From assembly GCA_963764165.1 (NCBI GenBank), contig CAVXRD010000001.1, positions 1,344,001 through 1,408,000 of the forward strand: a DNA stretch of 64,000 nucleotides. Reading direction: 5' to 3'. This document shows, piece after piece, positions 31,901 to 42,733 of this stretch. Every line of letters starts with the position of its first letter. Positions within the stretch are counted from its first letter, which is position 1. This DNA is from an uncultured Verrucomicrobiae bacterium (lineage in GTDB: Bacteria; Verrucomicrobiota; Verrucomicrobiia; Limisphaerales; Palsa-1400). Made by a program: the position numbers and the translations under genes. The notes beneath the pieces are model-generated. The model was not told the origin of the DNA, searched no databases, and worked only from the letters and a program-made list of their open reading frames with translations.

Positions 31901-32960
31901 ATTGAAGGCCGCGCGCCCGCGCCTTGCGGGATTATGCGCCAGCGCCAAATCACCCGACGTTCGCCAGGCGGCGTGGGCTGCGCTGGTGATCGCGGATAAT
32001 TCGTTCGACGCCGTCTGGAAGGACGCCTCGGCATCCGACGCGGCATTCGTGGACATGCTTGGCGGCATCAGTTTCATGAACGACGCCGACTTGCGGGCCA
32101 AGCCGGTTGACCAGGTTTTGCCGTTGCTGCAAACGCCTTCGCGACCCGGCGGCGGCTCCTCGCCGGACGCGCAAAAGGAAATCCTCCGCGCGGCCATTCG
32201 CGCGGTCTCAGGGATGAACAAAAAGCCTGAAGCCATTTTTGCCGGTCTGGCGGGATTGATCGGACGCGGCGCGGAAGTTCCCGCCGCTGCGCAGGCAATT
32301 CGCGTGCTGCCTCCCACCGTTTGGCCGAAGTCAAAGGACGCCACAAGCACTGCGGCGCTCGGCCTGATTGCGTGGGCCAAAACGATCCCGGTCGCGGATC
32401 GGACGAGTCAAGACTACGTTGAAACAGTGCAATTGGCGGGTGATCTCGCCGCCTCGCTGGCCGCGCCTCCTTCGGAAACATTTCAAGCGGACCTCCACGC
32501 GTTGCGCGTCCCGGTGTTTGTCATCCGCACCGTCCGCGAGCAAATGCGTTACGACACGCCCCGCCTTGTCGTCCAGGCAGGCGAGCCGTTTGAGATTCGG
32601 TTCGAAAACATCGATTTCATGCCGCACAACTTGCTGGTGGTTCGCCCGGGGACTCGTGAAACCATCGGCCTTGCCTCCAGCTTAATGAAGCCCGACCAAT
32701 TGGACAGCGAAGGCCGCGCCTTTGTCCCCAACAATCCGGACATCCTTGCCGCCACGAAATTGGTCGAGCCGCGCCAAAAGACCGTCCTTAAAATGTCCGC
32801 GCCAGAACAGGCGGGAGACTACGAATACTTCTGCAGCTATCCCGGTCACTACCTGATTATGTGGGGCCAGCTCATCGTGACCAAGGACGTGGATGCATAT
32901 CTAAAGTCCCACCCGCAGCCCGTGGTCACCGGTCCCGCGAGCAAGAAAGATTTTGAGTAG
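28930..32960 (+). CDS. PVC-type multidomain protein: SGNH/GDSL, beta-propeller (GSDH-like), HEAT repeats and azurin-like cupredoxin
   Basis: Signal peptide; FFGYNES; VNLFASE..FPEL..P.QMAWD; HEAT region; MPHN...YFCSYPGHYLIM copper site. Confidence 0.85.
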
Positions 32961-33113
32961 AGCAGACGCAGCCGATACAAAGCACAGATTTGTTTTTGAC
33001 GCCCCGGCTCGGCAGGAGGCCCCAGCCAGCGAATTGGGGAGAAGTTCCGACGAACAAATTTCGGCGCAAACCAGAAGGTTCACAAAACTGGCTTTGGGCC
33101 CTCGCCGACCGCA

Positions 33114-33812
33114 TTAGCCGCGAGGAACAAAGATGAAATTCTCCGGTGAGGGCTCGGCTTTGACAAAATCGGACAGCCGTTTCAGGTCATATTTTAAATT
33201 CGAAAAGTAATCCGCCACCACGTCCCTGTTTGCATCACGGACTTCGGTCAGCACAACCGGCCGATGCTTTGCGATCAATTTTGAAGCCCCGCGCAAGACC
33301 TCCAATTCATGCCCCTCCACGTCGATTTTGATGAAGGACACTGTTTCGTTGATCCATGCATCGAGACACTCAAGCTTGACGGTTTTTTCGGTGTAACGCT
33401 CTGCGGCAGGCAGATTATTCGCCTCCAGGCTGGCCCAGCCATCGTAGACTCCGCCGCCGACCCAGGGTAATTTCAGTGTGGCCTCTCCGGGCTGGGAAGA
33501 AATCGCTTTTTCAATGAGCTGGACATGCGGCGGCCTCCACGACTTCAGATCGTGCGTGACGCCATCATTGGGCTCGAATGCCAGCACGCGCGGGAACAAG
33601 CCAGCGAGCCTGTAGGTATAATATCCAACATTCGCGCCGACATCCAAGGCAACTTCCCGGCGGCCAACCAACGAATCGAGATGCTGCAATTCCCCTTCCA
33701 TCGTCCCGGTGAGTTGCATGGCCCGGTAGCGGAACCCGAGACGCTGGCCCGCGGGAAGGAACGGCGTCATCCGCCGGGCCAAGCCTGCTGTGTATCGCCA
33801 GATTGGTTTCAT
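33114..33812 (-). CDS. FkbM family methyltransferase
   Basis: DVGANVG, FEPN and IKIDVEGHE motifs. Confidence 0.9.
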   Translation of the reverse strand: MKPIWRYTAGLARRMTPFLPAGQRLGFRYRAMQLTGTMEGELQHLDSLVGRREVALDVGANVGYYTYRLAGLFPRVLAFEPNDGVTHDLKSWRPPHVQLIEKAISSQPGEATLKLPWVGGGVYDGWASLEANNLPAAERYTEKTVKLECLDAWINETVSFIKIDVEGHELEVLRGASKLIAKHRPVVLTEVRDANRDVVADYFSNLKYDLKRLSDFVKAEPSPENFIFVPRG

Positions 33813-33881
33813 TTTCCAGAGATGCCTTATAACAAAGCCAGCGGGGTAATCCTAGTTAATCTGGTTGGTTGAGAGTGGGGC

Positions 33882-33945
33882 CATCCCATTATTCCCGTGC
33901 TTCCCATCAGTCCCATTTTCATGGGAGCATGGGAATAATGGGATG
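33882..33945. repeat. Palindrome of tandem TCCCAT / ATGGGA units
   Basis: catcccattattccc...gggaataatgggatg. Confidence 0.7.
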
Positions 33946-34009
33946 CCCGCTTGCGGTGGGCGCCACGCCGCCCTCGATTTCGTTCAAAATTATCCGCCGC
34001 TTTATCTTT

Positions 34010-34038
34010 TTGACGGTATAGTCCAGTTCCCGTAGGTT
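34010..34038 (+). promoter_or_regulatory. Putative sigma70 promoter of secA
   Basis: TTGACG-N17-TAGGTT, 14 bp before the ATG. Confidence 0.45.
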
Positions 34039-34052
34039 CAACGGTCTGATAT

Positions 34053-37000
34053 ATGTTTAATTGGTTCATCAGGAAGATTGTCGGTTCGCAAAACGAACGG
34101 CAGGTGAAAAAGATGCGGCCCCTGGTTGCGCAAATCAACCAACTGGAGGCCGGCCTGCAATCGTTGTCCGACGATGACCTGCGCAAGAAAACGGCCGACT
34201 GGAAGGCCGAGCTTTCGCAAATCGAGGACGACGCTGCCTTGGCGGCGCGGCTGAACGAAATTCTTCCCGAGGCTTATGCGGTCGTCAAAAACGGCTGCCG
34301 CCGCCTCGTCGGGCAGGAAATCATCGTCCGCGAGCATCCGTTGAAATGGGAGATGGTTCCCTTTGATGTCCAATTGATCGGCGGCACTGCCTTGCACCAG
34401 GGAAAGATCGCGGAAATGGCCACCGGCGAGGGCAAGACGCTTGTTGCCACCATGCCTGTCTATCTCAATGCTCTCACCGGACGCGGCGTTCATGTTGTTA
34501 CCGTGAATGATTATTTGGCCGCCCGCGACAGTGAGTGGATGGGCGCGGTTTATCGATTTTTGGGTTTGACGGTTGGCTGCATATTGCGCGACCAATCCCC
34601 GGCCGAACGCCGGGCGCAGTATCTTTGCGACATCACTTACGGGACGAATTCTGAATTCGGTTTCGATTATCTGCGCGACAACGGCATGGCCACCCGCAAG
34701 GAGGAGCAAGTCCAGCGCGGACATTATTTCGCAATCGTCGACGAAGTGGACTCCATCCTGATCGACGAAGCGCGCACGCCGCTGATCATCAGCGGGCCTT
34801 CCGTCATCGCGGTGGACAATCAGTACGATCGTTTCAAGCCGATGGTCGAGTCCCTGGAAAAAACGCAGGAAAAACTTTGCGAGCGCTTCCTTTCCGAGGC
34901 AGAGGCATTGATCAAAAAGCTGCATCCCGAAGACGGCTCCAATCCCGAAAACCCCGACGCGATCGGGCAAGAAATCGGCATTCTTCTTTACCGGGTGAAA
35001 ATCGGCGCCCCGCGCCTGGCGGGCCTGGCCAAGCTGCTCGAGGTTCCGGAAAACATCCGCTTCATGAACAAGGCGGAATTGGAAATGCATGCCGACCAGA
35101 GCAAAAAAGCCCTTTACGCGGAGAAGGAGGAACTGTTCTTCGCGATGGACGAAAAAACGCACGAAGCCGACCTCACCGAAAAAGGCCGGACCTTCATGCG
35201 CCCTGATGATCCGGATGCATTCATGCTGCCGGATACGATGACGAAGTTTCACGAGATCGACAACGGGCCGGAAACGGACATTCGCAAGCGCACCGAGGCG
35301 AAGGCGGCGGTTCAGGCGGAATACGAGAACAAAGCGGCTCAAATCCACACCATTTCCCAATTGCTCAAGGCTTACAGCCTGTATCAGCGCGATGTTCATT
35401 ACGTCATTGAAAATGGCAAAGTCGTCATCGTTGACGAGCACACCGGCCGCCCTATGTATGGCCGCCGTTGGAGCGACGGATTGCATCAGGCGGTCGAGGC
35501 GAAGGAAGGCGTGGAAATCGAGCGCGAAACGCAGACACTCGCGACCATCACGATTCAGAACTATTTTCGACTTTACAAAAAACTGGCCGGCATGACCGGC
35601 ACCGCCGAGACGGAGGCGGGCGAATTTCTGGACATTTACAAGCTCGGCGTGATGGTCATCCCGACCAACCGGCCCATCGCGCGCAAGGATGCCAACGATT
35701 CCGTTTACAAAACGAAGCGCGAAAAATTCATCGCCGTCATCAACGAGATTACCAAAATCCACAACGCGGGCCGGCCCGTTCTGGTCGGAACCGTGTCGGT
35801 GGAGACGAGCGAGCAAGTTTCGCGGATGCTTAAAAAAGCGGGCATCGTGCATTCGGTGTTGAACGCCAAGTTCCACCAGCAGGAAGCGGAAATCGTCTCC
35901 CGCGCAGGCCAGCGCGGCGCGGTCACCATCGCCACCAACATGGCAGGCCGCGGCACCGACATTAAGCTCGGTGAAGGCGTGGCGGATTTAGGCGGCTTGC
36001 ACGTCATCGGCACCGAGCGCCACGAGTCGCGCCGCATTGACCGCCAGTTGCGCGGACGCTGCGCGCGCCAGGGCGATCCCGGCTCGTCCCACTTTTTCAT
36101 TTCGCTTGAGGACGATTTGATGCGTTTGTTCGGCTCCGATGGGCTTGTCAAAGTGATGGAAAAAGTTGGCCTTGAGGAAGGCCAGGAGCTCGAGCACTTC
36201 ATGCTCAACAAATCCATCGAGCAGGCGCAGAAACGCGTCGAGCAGCAGTATTTCCAACGCCGCAAACGCACGCTCGAATACGACGATGTGATGAACAAGC
36301 ATCGCGAGCAGATTTACGGCTTCCGATATGAGGTGATCAATTCGGATGATGTCCGCGACAAGCTGATGGACGTCATGGAAGAAGTCGTGACCGAGAAAGT
36401 TCAGTCGCTCTTCAGCGACAGCAACGAGCCAACCGAGTGGAACGGCCGCCCGCTGGCGGAATGGGTGGCGTTGAATTTCCCCATTCGCATTCCCGAGGAG
36501 GAAGTCATCAAGGCGGCGAAGTCCAGCGAGGAACTGCCGGTGCCCGGGTCGGCTTTTGAAGGATTGACGGCGGCGCAATACGGCGTTTGCTCGTTCATTT
36601 GCAAAGCCGTGCGCGATGCCTACGAACTCAAGGTGAGCCTCGAGCAGCCCGACGCGCTCAAGACCATCGAGCGCTACATCATTCTCAAAGCTGTCGACAC
36701 GCTCTGGCAGGAGCATCTTTACGGAATGGATTCGCTGCGCGACAGCATCGGCCTGCGGGCATACGGCCAGCGCGATCCGCTGATCGAATACAAGACCGAG
36801 GCCTTCAAGGTCTTCAAGGAATTGGAAGTCAACATCAAGACGGAGATTTGCCACAACATTTTCCGCAGCGCCTCCAGCATGAGGGCGTTCGAGGGATTTT
36901 TGAGCAAATTGCCGCCGACGACGACGCTCCAATCCGCCTCAGCAAACGAAGGCTTCGGCGGAGCAGAAGCGCCGCCGGCCCCCGACGGAAAGAAGCCCAG

Positions 37001-37130
37001 CGATGTCGTCAAAGAGGCGACGGACGCGATGCAGAAAGCCAAGCCCAAGCGGTCTGGGCCGAAAGTCGGACGCAACGATCCCTGCCCCTGCGGCAGCGGC
37101 AAAAAATACAAGCAGTGCTGCGGAAAGTAA
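34053..37130 (+). CDS. secA: Preprotein translocase subunit SecA
   Basis: MATGEGKT, DEVDSILIDEARTPLIISG and SEC-C CPCGSGKKYKQCC motifs. Confidence 0.98.
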   Translation: MFNWFIRKIVGSQNERQVKKMRPLVAQINQLEAGLQSLSDDDLRKKTADWKAELSQIEDDAALAARLNEILPEAYAVVKNGCRRLVGQEIIVREHPLKWEMVPFDVQLIGGTALHQGKIAEMATGEGKTLVATMPVYLNALTGRGVHVVTVNDYLAARDSEWMGAVYRFLGLTVGCILRDQSPAERRAQYLCDITYGTNSEFGFDYLRDNGMATRKEEQVQRGHYFAIVDEVDSILIDEARTPLIISGPSVIAVDNQYDRFKPMVESLEKTQEKLCERFLSEAEALIKKLHPEDGSNPENPDAIGQEIGILLYRVKIGAPRLAGLAKLLEVPENIRFMNKAELEMHADQSKKALYAEKEELFFAMDEKTHEADLTEKGRTFMRPDDPDAFMLPDTMTKFHEIDNGPETDIRKRTEAKAAVQAEYENKAAQIHTISQLLKAYSLYQRDVHYVIENGKVVIVDEHTGRPMYGRRWSDGLHQAVEAKEGVEIERETQTLATITIQNYFRLYKKLAGMTGTAETEAGEFLDIYKLGVMVIPTNRPIARKDANDSVYKTKREKFIAVINEITKIHNAGRPVLVGTVSVETSEQVSRMLKKAGIVHSVLNAKFHQQEAEIVSRAGQRGAVTIATNMAGRGTDIKLGEGVADLGGLHVIGTERHESRRIDRQLRGRCARQGDPGSSHFFISLEDDLMRLFGSDGLVKVMEKVGLEEGQELEHFMLNKSIEQAQKRVEQQYFQRRKRTLEYDDVMNKHREQIYGFRYEVINSDDVRDKLMDVMEEVVTEKVQSLFSDSNEPTEWNGRPLAEWVALNFPIRIPEEEVIKAAKSSEELPVPGSAFEGLTAAQYGVCSFICKAVRDAYELKVSLEQPDALKTIERYIILKAVDTLWQEHLYGMDSLRDSIGLRAYGQRDPLIEYKTEAFKVFKELEVNIKTEICHNIFRSASSMRAFEGFLSKLPPTTTLQSASANEGFGGAEAPPAPDGKKPSDVVKEATDAMQKAKPKRSGPKVGRNDPCPCGSGKKYKQCCGK

Positions 37131-37156
37131 TCTAACGGGCGCGCAAATCAGGAATA

Positions 37157-37320
37157 GGCAGGGACGCCTTGCCGAGGCGTCCGAGGCCGTGGCGGTTGCG
37201 AGCGTAACCTTCCTTCCAAAGGCTCCCGACGAAAAGTCCTTTGGCCTGCCCCGATCTCTGCGCGAATTATGCGCCCACAAACCGCCACGTCCCCGGACGC
37301 CTCGGCGAGGCGTCCCTACC
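37157..37320. repeat. GTAG-type REPIN, copy 1
   Basis: ggcagggacgccttgccgaggcgtcc ... ggacgcctcggcgaggcgtccctacc. Confidence 0.9.
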
Positions 37321-38839
37321 TAATTCGGAACCAGGCGGTTTTCAAGTAGGCTGGCTCATTGCGGTCGATGGGAAAATCCGGCGGCTGCGGCACGTAATGG
37401 GATTTTTCAACCGTGCGCCGCTCGTGCCGGATGGCCTCGGTAATCGCCGAGGCGAAGTGTTCCGGCGGAAAGTTCGCCGCGTTGGTGGAAGCCAGCAGCG
37501 TCCCGCCGGGTTTCAGCAACGGAAGCGCCGCCGCCGTCAACGCGCCAAAATCCCGCCCCGCCTGGAACACACCACTCTCCTTCGAGCGCGAAAAAGTCGG
37601 CGGGTCGAGAATGATGATGTCAAATGAACGCTGCTTCTTCGCAAGGCGGCGAAACCACGTCAGCGCGTCGCCATAAATAAAATCATGACGCGCAGGATCC
37701 AGCCCGTTCAGGACAAAATTTTCCCGGCCCCATTCGAGATATTTTTTTGACAGGTCAAGGCTGGTCACGCGTCCTCCTCCCGCAGCGGCGCAGACGGAAA
37801 ATCCGCAGGTGTAGGCGAAGACGTTGAGGACTTCAGGAGCGGGGGGCAGCTCAAATTTCGGCGCGACATAACGGGTTTTGAGACGGCGCCTATTCTCCCT
37901 TTGATCAAGGAACAATCCAATCGAGCCGCCTTCATCCAGGCGCAGCAGAAAACGCAAACTGTTCTCGCAAACCGGCAACTCATTGGCGGCGGGCGCGCCG
38001 GAAATCCATTCGGGCTGGCTGCGCCCCTGTCGATTGTTGCGCTGATGGTAAATGGTTCTGGGATTCAACCGCTCAACGCGGGCCAGTTGCGCCGGCGTCA
38101 GGGGATTCTCGGATTGCGCCAAAACATCCTCGCCTAATTTGTCCACATACAAGCCGCGGCAATCGTCGGCTGCGCCATGCAGAATTCTGAAGGCGTCGGT
38201 CTCCGCCGGATTGATGATCGCCTCGCGCAATGCAACCGCAGGGTCCGCCCCAAAATTTGGAGGCGCGGAAAAATCGAGGCGCTCGTTTGTCACCGGATGA
38301 CTGAGATGCAATTCCGCCGAGTGCAGATGCAGGCGCGCGGCTCGCGTGCCACCGTAAAGCTCGTCGCCCAGAATCGGGAAGCCGTGTTCGGCGGCGTGGA
38401 CGCGGATTTGATGCGTCCGGCCTGTCAACGGAACGGCCTCAATGAACTCGCCCGCGCGCGAAAACAACGTTTCCGCCAGCACCGCGCCCGCGTGCGGAGG
38501 GCGGCTCAAGTATTTTCCGCCGGAGCGAACCAAAGCCGAATGCGCCCGCAATTTCTGGAAATCCACCTTGCGGTCCGATTGCAAAATATATTTCTTCTCG
38601 ACAGATCGGCTCTCGAATTGCTGCGTCAATGAGCGGTTGGCGGCGGTTGTCTTGCCGAAGACAATCAGGCCGGAAGTTTCTTTGTCAAGACGGTGGATGA
38701 TGGAGAGATCGCTCCAGCGCGGCTCGCGATTCCTTAGCCATTCGTAGAGGCCTTCGCCGGCAAAGGGAGCGGGCGAATGCGTGTTCCACCCCGCCGGCTT
38801 GTTTGCCACCAAAAGGTGCTCATCCTCGAAGACAATCAA
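37316..38839 (-). CDS. RluA-family pseudouridine synthase fused to an RlmI/RlmK-like SAM methyltransferase
   Basis: HRLDKETSG and [10 protein letters not shown], followed by [17 protein letters not shown] and ILDPPTF; start codon uncertain. Confidence 0.85.
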   Translation of the reverse strand: MIVFEDEHLLVANKPAGWNTHSPAPFAGEGLYEWLRNREPRWSDLSIIHRLDKETSGLIVFGKTTAANRSLTQQFESRSVEKKYILQSDRKVDFQKLRAHSALVRSGGKYLSRPPHAGAVLAETLFSRAGEFIEAVPLTGRTHQIRVHAAEHGFPILGDELYGGTRAARLHLHSAELHLSHPVTNERLDFSAPPNFGADPAVALREAIINPAETDAFRILHGAADDCRGLYVDKLGEDVLAQSENPLTPAQLARVERLNPRTIYHQRNNRQGRSQPEWISGAPAANELPVCENSLRFLLRLDEGGSIGLFLDQRENRRRLKTRYVAPKFELPPAPEVLNVFAYTCGFSVCAAAGGGRVTSLDLSKKYLEWGRENFVLNGLDPARHDFIYGDALTWFRRLAKKQRSFDIIILDPPTFSRSKESGVFQAGRDFGALTAAALPLLKPGGTLLASTNAANFPPEHFASAITEAIRHERRTVEKSHYVPQPPDFPIDRNEPAYLKTAWFRIR

Positions 38840-38854
38840 ACCCGCACCTTAAAA

Positions 38855-39019
38855 GGTAGGGACGCCTCGCCGAGGCGTCCGATGCCGTGGCAGTTCACAA
38901 GCGTGATCTTCTTTTCAAGGGCTTCGCCCGAAGAGCCTTTTGGCCTGCTCGGATCTCTGCGCGAGTCATGCGCTGGCAAACCGCCATCTCCCCGGACGCC
39001 TCGGCGAGGCCTCCCTGCC
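38855..39019. repeat. GTAG-type REPIN, copy 2 (spacer homologous to copy 1)
   Basis: ggtagggacgcctcgccgaggcgtcc ... ggacgcctcggcgaggcctccctgcc. Confidence 0.9.
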
Positions 39020-39046
39020 TTTTGTCCAACGTTTTTCAACGCTCTC

Positions 39047-39724
39047 CTAATTATTGGTGACGGACGCCCACGGCACGCCGCGCTGATCGTAAGAGAAAGT
39101 CATTTCGTTGCTGTTGAACTTGCGATAACCGGAAACGTGCCCTTCGCCGAAAAGAATATTCAACCAGCCGTTGTGCGCGGGCGCCGGCAAATTGCCCGGC
39201 GTGAACAGCGTGTCTTGCGAGTAATTGTCCGGATCCGCGTCAGTGACATCGAAGGCGTAATTGCAATCGCCGGATAGAATGTAGAGCGAGGGCAGCATCA
39301 TGCTCTTGTAAGAGACGCTCGCCTCACTCGAATTCGCATTGATGTAAGGGGCGCGCGAGCCCATGAAATAATTGTAGGCTGACTTGGCGTAAAATTGCGA
39401 CATTGAGGGGCAGCGCAGGAGATTCGTGTTGTTGTAATACGCGGCAATCGGCTGCGACCACGGCGGGATTGTGGGGGCGTTCCACGCAACACTGCCATGC
39501 GCCATCGGCAAAAGCGCGTTGTTGTCATCGGCGTACATTTGCATGGCGAGGCCGAGCTGCTTGGCGTTGTCGACGCACTTGACCCGGATGGCGTCTTCCT
39601 TGGCGCGGGCCAGCGCCGGCAAAAGCATTCCGGCCAGAATTGCGATGATGGCAATCACCACCAGCAATTCAATCAATGTAAATCCTTCGACGGACTCCGA
39701 GCGGCAAGCGTTTTTCGGTTTCAC
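39047..39724 (-). CDS. Prepilin-type N-terminal cleavage / DUF1559-like protein
   Basis: [25 protein letters not shown] and [13 protein letters not shown] motifs; GTG start proposed. Confidence 0.85.
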   Translation of the reverse strand: MKPKNACRSESVEGFTLIELLVVIAIIAILAGMLLPALARAKEDAIRVKCVDNAKQLGLAMQMYADDNNALLPMAHGSVAWNAPTIPPWSQPIAAYYNNTNLLRCPSMSQFYAKSAYNYFMGSRAPYINANSSEASVSYKSMMLPSLYILSGDCNYAFDVTDADPDNYSQDTLFTPGNLPAPAHNGWLNILFGEGHVSGYRKFNSNEMTFSYDQRGVPWASVTNN

Positions 39725-39794
39725 GTTAACAGTTCCGCTTTGATTGACTTCCGAAAGCGCTGGAAAATTCAATAAATTTTTGGCAGCCAAGCAA

Positions 39795-39896
39795 GGCAGG
39801 GACGCCTCGCCGAGGCGTCCGGGGCGAGCCGCTCTACGTTCGGAAGCCGTGGCGTGAACCACACGCAACCGGACGCCTCGGCGAGGCGTCCCTACC
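39795..39896. repeat. GTAG-type REPIN, copy 3
   Basis: Same inverted 26-bp REP pair with a ~50-bp spacer. Confidence 0.9.
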
Positions 39897-39903
39897 TTCA
39901 CGA

Positions 39904-40773
39904 CTAAAGCGCGCCTGACGAAATCGCCACCAGCAGCGCCGCCCCTATGATCACGCGATACCAGCCGAACCCGTTGAACGTATGCGTCTGCACAAAACTC
40001 AGCAGCCATTTGACCGCCACGAACGAAACGACGGCGGCAATCACCGTTGTCAAGATGACCATTTTCCAATTCTCCGGCGGCGCCGCGGCCACTGCAGGGT
40101 GCAGCGCGTCCGGGGCATGGTGATGCAGCGCTTTGAAAATCTTGTAGCCGCCGGCCGCGACCATCGTGGGAATCCCCGCCAGAAACGAAAACTCCGTCGC
40201 CAGCGGACGCGTCAAGCCGAGCAGCAGGCCGAACATAATCGTTGTGCCGGATCGCGACGCGCCGGGAAAAATGGCCGCGATCAATTGGCCGACGCCAACA
40301 GCAATCGCCACCGTCCACGTCACGCTCGCCAGATCGCCGCGGTCTTCCTGGTCAGCCGGTATGCCCTTGCTTTTCAACCACCCTTCCACCGCAAGGAACA
40401 CAAAACCGCCGAGCAACAGAGCGATGGCAACCGGCCAAAGTTCCTCCGGCAATTTGAGCCCTTTTTTGTCAATAATAAATCCTCCAGCACCTGTTATCAC
40501 GAAGGCCAGCACGATCTTCAGGAAATAATCGCGCACCGCCTTGTCCTTCCAATCAAAAATGAACTGGTGGAAACGCTTGTGGAAAAGCGGAATGACGGCC
40601 AGCACGGCTCCCGTTTGAATCACCACGTTGTAAAGGTCATCCACCCACGGCGGAGTTTTGCCGCCAAACATGAGATGTTCGGTGATGAGCAAATGTCCAG
40701 TGGACGAGATTGGCAAAAACTCGGTGATGCCCTCGACGATTCCGAGGATCGTTGAAATAACTGTGTCTGTCAT
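39904..40773 (-). CDS. uppP: Undecaprenyl-diphosphate phosphatase
   Basis: [17 protein letters not shown] and PGASRSG motifs. Confidence 0.95.
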   Translation of the reverse strand: MTDTVISTILGIVEGITEFLPISSTGHLLITEHLMFGGKTPPWVDDLYNVVIQTGAVLAVIPLFHKRFHQFIFDWKDKAVRDYFLKIVLAFVITGAGGFIIDKKGLKLPEELWPVAIALLLGGFVFLAVEGWLKSKGIPADQEDRGDLASVTWTVAIAVGVGQLIAAIFPGASRSGTTIMFGLLLGLTRPLATEFSFLAGIPTMVAAGGYKIFKALHHHAPDALHPAVAAAPPENWKMVILTTVIAAVVSFVAVKWLLSFVQTHTFNGFGWYRVIIGAALLVAISSGAL

Positions 40774-40800
40774 TTGAGATTATTTTGCTGGAGTGTTTGA

Positions 40801-41202
40801 TTATTTTCTCTTGGCAAAGATGGAGAAGACTGATGTGTCGTCCAGTTGGCGCTGTTTGACCTTCAGTTGGCCGAGGATCGCTTGAAATCCAACGTAAACG
40901 CGGTGCCACTGATTTTCCAATGCGCGCAAGTTGCCTTCGTTGCTGTCGCAAAGATAACGCAGCGATGGCGCGGAACTGATGAGCGCATGCACGTCCTCGC
41001 GCGAGGGTGAGGAGCACTCCACCGCAGCCGTGATCAATTCCAGCTCCTGGACAATCAGAGATTTCACTTCCAAAAACTGGCTTTCGTCTTCCGCCGAAAA
41101 TTTCTTGTCGCGGGCAACGTTGATGAAGGTGTTAAATTGCTTCCAGCACTCCAGGTAATTTTCGAGCTGGACAACCAGTTGATCGAGTTTTTTGTTTCTC
41201 AT
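40801..41202 (-). CDS. Hypothetical helical protein
   Basis: MRNKKLDQL...; third gene of an apparent operon. Confidence 0.7.
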   Translation of the reverse strand: MRNKKLDQLVVQLENYLECWKQFNTFINVARDKKFSAEDESQFLEVKSLIVQELELITAAVECSSPSREDVHALISSAPSLRYLCDSNEGNLRALENQWHRVYVGFQAILGQLKVKQRQLDDTSVFSIFAKRK

Positions 41203-41219
41203 GACGCGCGTCTCCGGGC

Positions 41220-41510
41220 CTATGGTGCCACCCATTGGGGGGCCTTCGGCGAGAGAAAAATGATGGCCCCGCCGCGCATGGCGCGCGCCGTGATCCTGAA
41301 GCTGGCATACTGCGCCGTCAATTCGTTGCACGCGACGTTGGCCTTGATCGCGCCATGAAACAGGGCAACCACACTGACGCCGATTTCACGCACCACCCCG
41401 CCCGCAACCCACTGCGGCACGGTGGAGCTGATGACGTTGCCGTCCGAATCCACCGTGAACGCCCCGGTGGGAAGGCGATGCGGTCCCATGCTGGAGGTCC
41501 TCTTGCTCAT
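41220..41510 (-). CDS. Small protein, possible Roadblock/LC7-like fold
   Basis: GAFTVDSDGNVISS, a helix, then a beta-rich tail; ATGA-coupled to the upstream regulator. Confidence 0.6.
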   Translation of the reverse strand: MSKRTSSMGPHRLPTGAFTVDSDGNVISSTVPQWVAGGVVREIGVSVVALFHGAIKANVACNELTAQYASFRITARAMRGGAIIFLSPKAPQWVAP

Positions 41511-42601
41511 GACACCCATTTCGCAAAAATGTGCTTCATCGTCTGCTCGACTTTTTCCTTCGTTTGCGCCCTGCGGAATCCGACGAGCAGCGAGCCTTTC
41601 GCCGCATCGCTGGAAAGCGACCAATGCCGCTGCAATCCCATCGCCGTCACTTGCGCCAACTCGCCGCCGCCTATTTTTTCGCCAAGGTCGCGCAGGCGTT
41701 TGTCGGCGGACCGGACCCATGCGGCCAGATCGTTCGCATTTTCCAATCCCCACGAGAGTGATTCGGCTTTGGCGTCCGGCGGCACTGTCAACAAAAACTC
41801 AACGCCCTCGAAGCGGGCCAGTGGCGCGAGCGCGGAACTCAGCGCGACCGGCGCCCCCGGGCCGGAAGCCAGCGCGTATTCGCCGACGGCTTGCATGTCG
41901 CGCCACTCATCGAGCGCCTGCGCAGAATCGAGCAGCAACCCCTGATAGGAATTGTGAATCGTGCGCGGATGGTCGGGCTCCGGAGGCTTGATCTCGAAGT
42001 TCCCGCTCTTCCACGACATGATTTCCTTGAACGCCTCTTCTCCCGTAAAATTCGCCGACGCAGCGTCAATAAGCTCGCCATTGAGAACCCAGATTCGTCC
42101 TGAAACCGCTCCATGGCTGATGTGGAGCACGGCCGAGCTTTGCGAAAGGCATTCAAGCTGAATGAGATCAACGAGGCTCTTGCTCTGCATGCCGCGAAAT
42201 CCGCCCTCGACCGCGGTTTCGCTTCCCAGCAGCGATTCGAGGCAGTCGCGGAACAACTGAAACTCCTCCGGCGTCCCTGGCTTTTGCCAAAACATATCGA
42301 CGCCCAAGGCATAGGCGCGGGAGCGGTATTCCTCATCAAGCAGTCCAGTCAGCACGATGGTTCTCAAATTCGGGTATTTTCGGCGGACGATGGCAAGCAC
42401 TTGCAAGCCGTCCATTTTTGGCATGCGCAAGTCCGTGACCAGGAGCGTGAACGGCTCGGATTCGAGAAGAGCCACCGCGCGCGCGCCCGTGCTGGAAACA
42501 ATGACTTCCGGCTTGCTGGGCAAGGCGCGGAGCAGTTCCTGATAAATCTCAAGGACCTGCTCGTCGTCATCAAGAAGCAAAATTTTTTGTTGGTCGCCCA
42601 T
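41507..42601 (-). CDS. Response regulator: REC, DUF4388 and C-terminal domain
   Basis: LLDDD, TDLRMP and QKP receiver residues; GFRG..SKSLVDLIQL..GEEAF.EIMSWKSGNF. Confidence 0.85.
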   Translation of the reverse strand: MGDQQKILLLDDDEQVLEIYQELLRALPSKPEVIVSSTGARAVALLESEPFTLLVTDLRMPKMDGLQVLAIVRRKYPNLRTIVLTGLLDEEYRSRAYALGVDMFWQKPGTPEEFQLFRDCLESLLGSETAVEGGFRGMQSKSLVDLIQLECLSQSSAVLHISHGAVSGRIWVLNGELIDAASANFTGEEAFKEIMSWKSGNFEIKPPEPDHPRTIHNSYQGLLLDSAQALDEWRDMQAVGEYALASGPGAPVALSSALAPLARFEGVEFLLTVPPDAKAESLSWGLENANDLAAWVRSADKRLRDLGEKIGGGELAQVTAMGLQRHWSLSSDAAKGSLLVGFRRAQTKEKVEQTMKHIFAKWVS

Positions 42602-42733
42602 GAGGCAGCGAGAGCTTAAAGCCTAGGCATTTGCGATGCAAGCGGAGTCGGTTTTGAAGGCGCGGCCGCAAGAGGGCGGGCCAATTCTGAAAAGGACCAC
42701 ATCCGCCGCATCGCTGCGGCTTAAAAAAACGGA

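Noticed and set aside
34038..35876. 612-aa antisense ORF over secA (likewise 2586-4373, 59895-61139 and 61840-63078)
   Set aside because: Shadow frames produced by GC-rich codon bias opposite clear genes; no recognisable motifs.
39725..40318. N-terminal extension of the 423-aa prepilin ORF
   Set aside because: It overlaps uppP in another frame, and a plausible GTG start at 39724 lies downstream of the REPIN.
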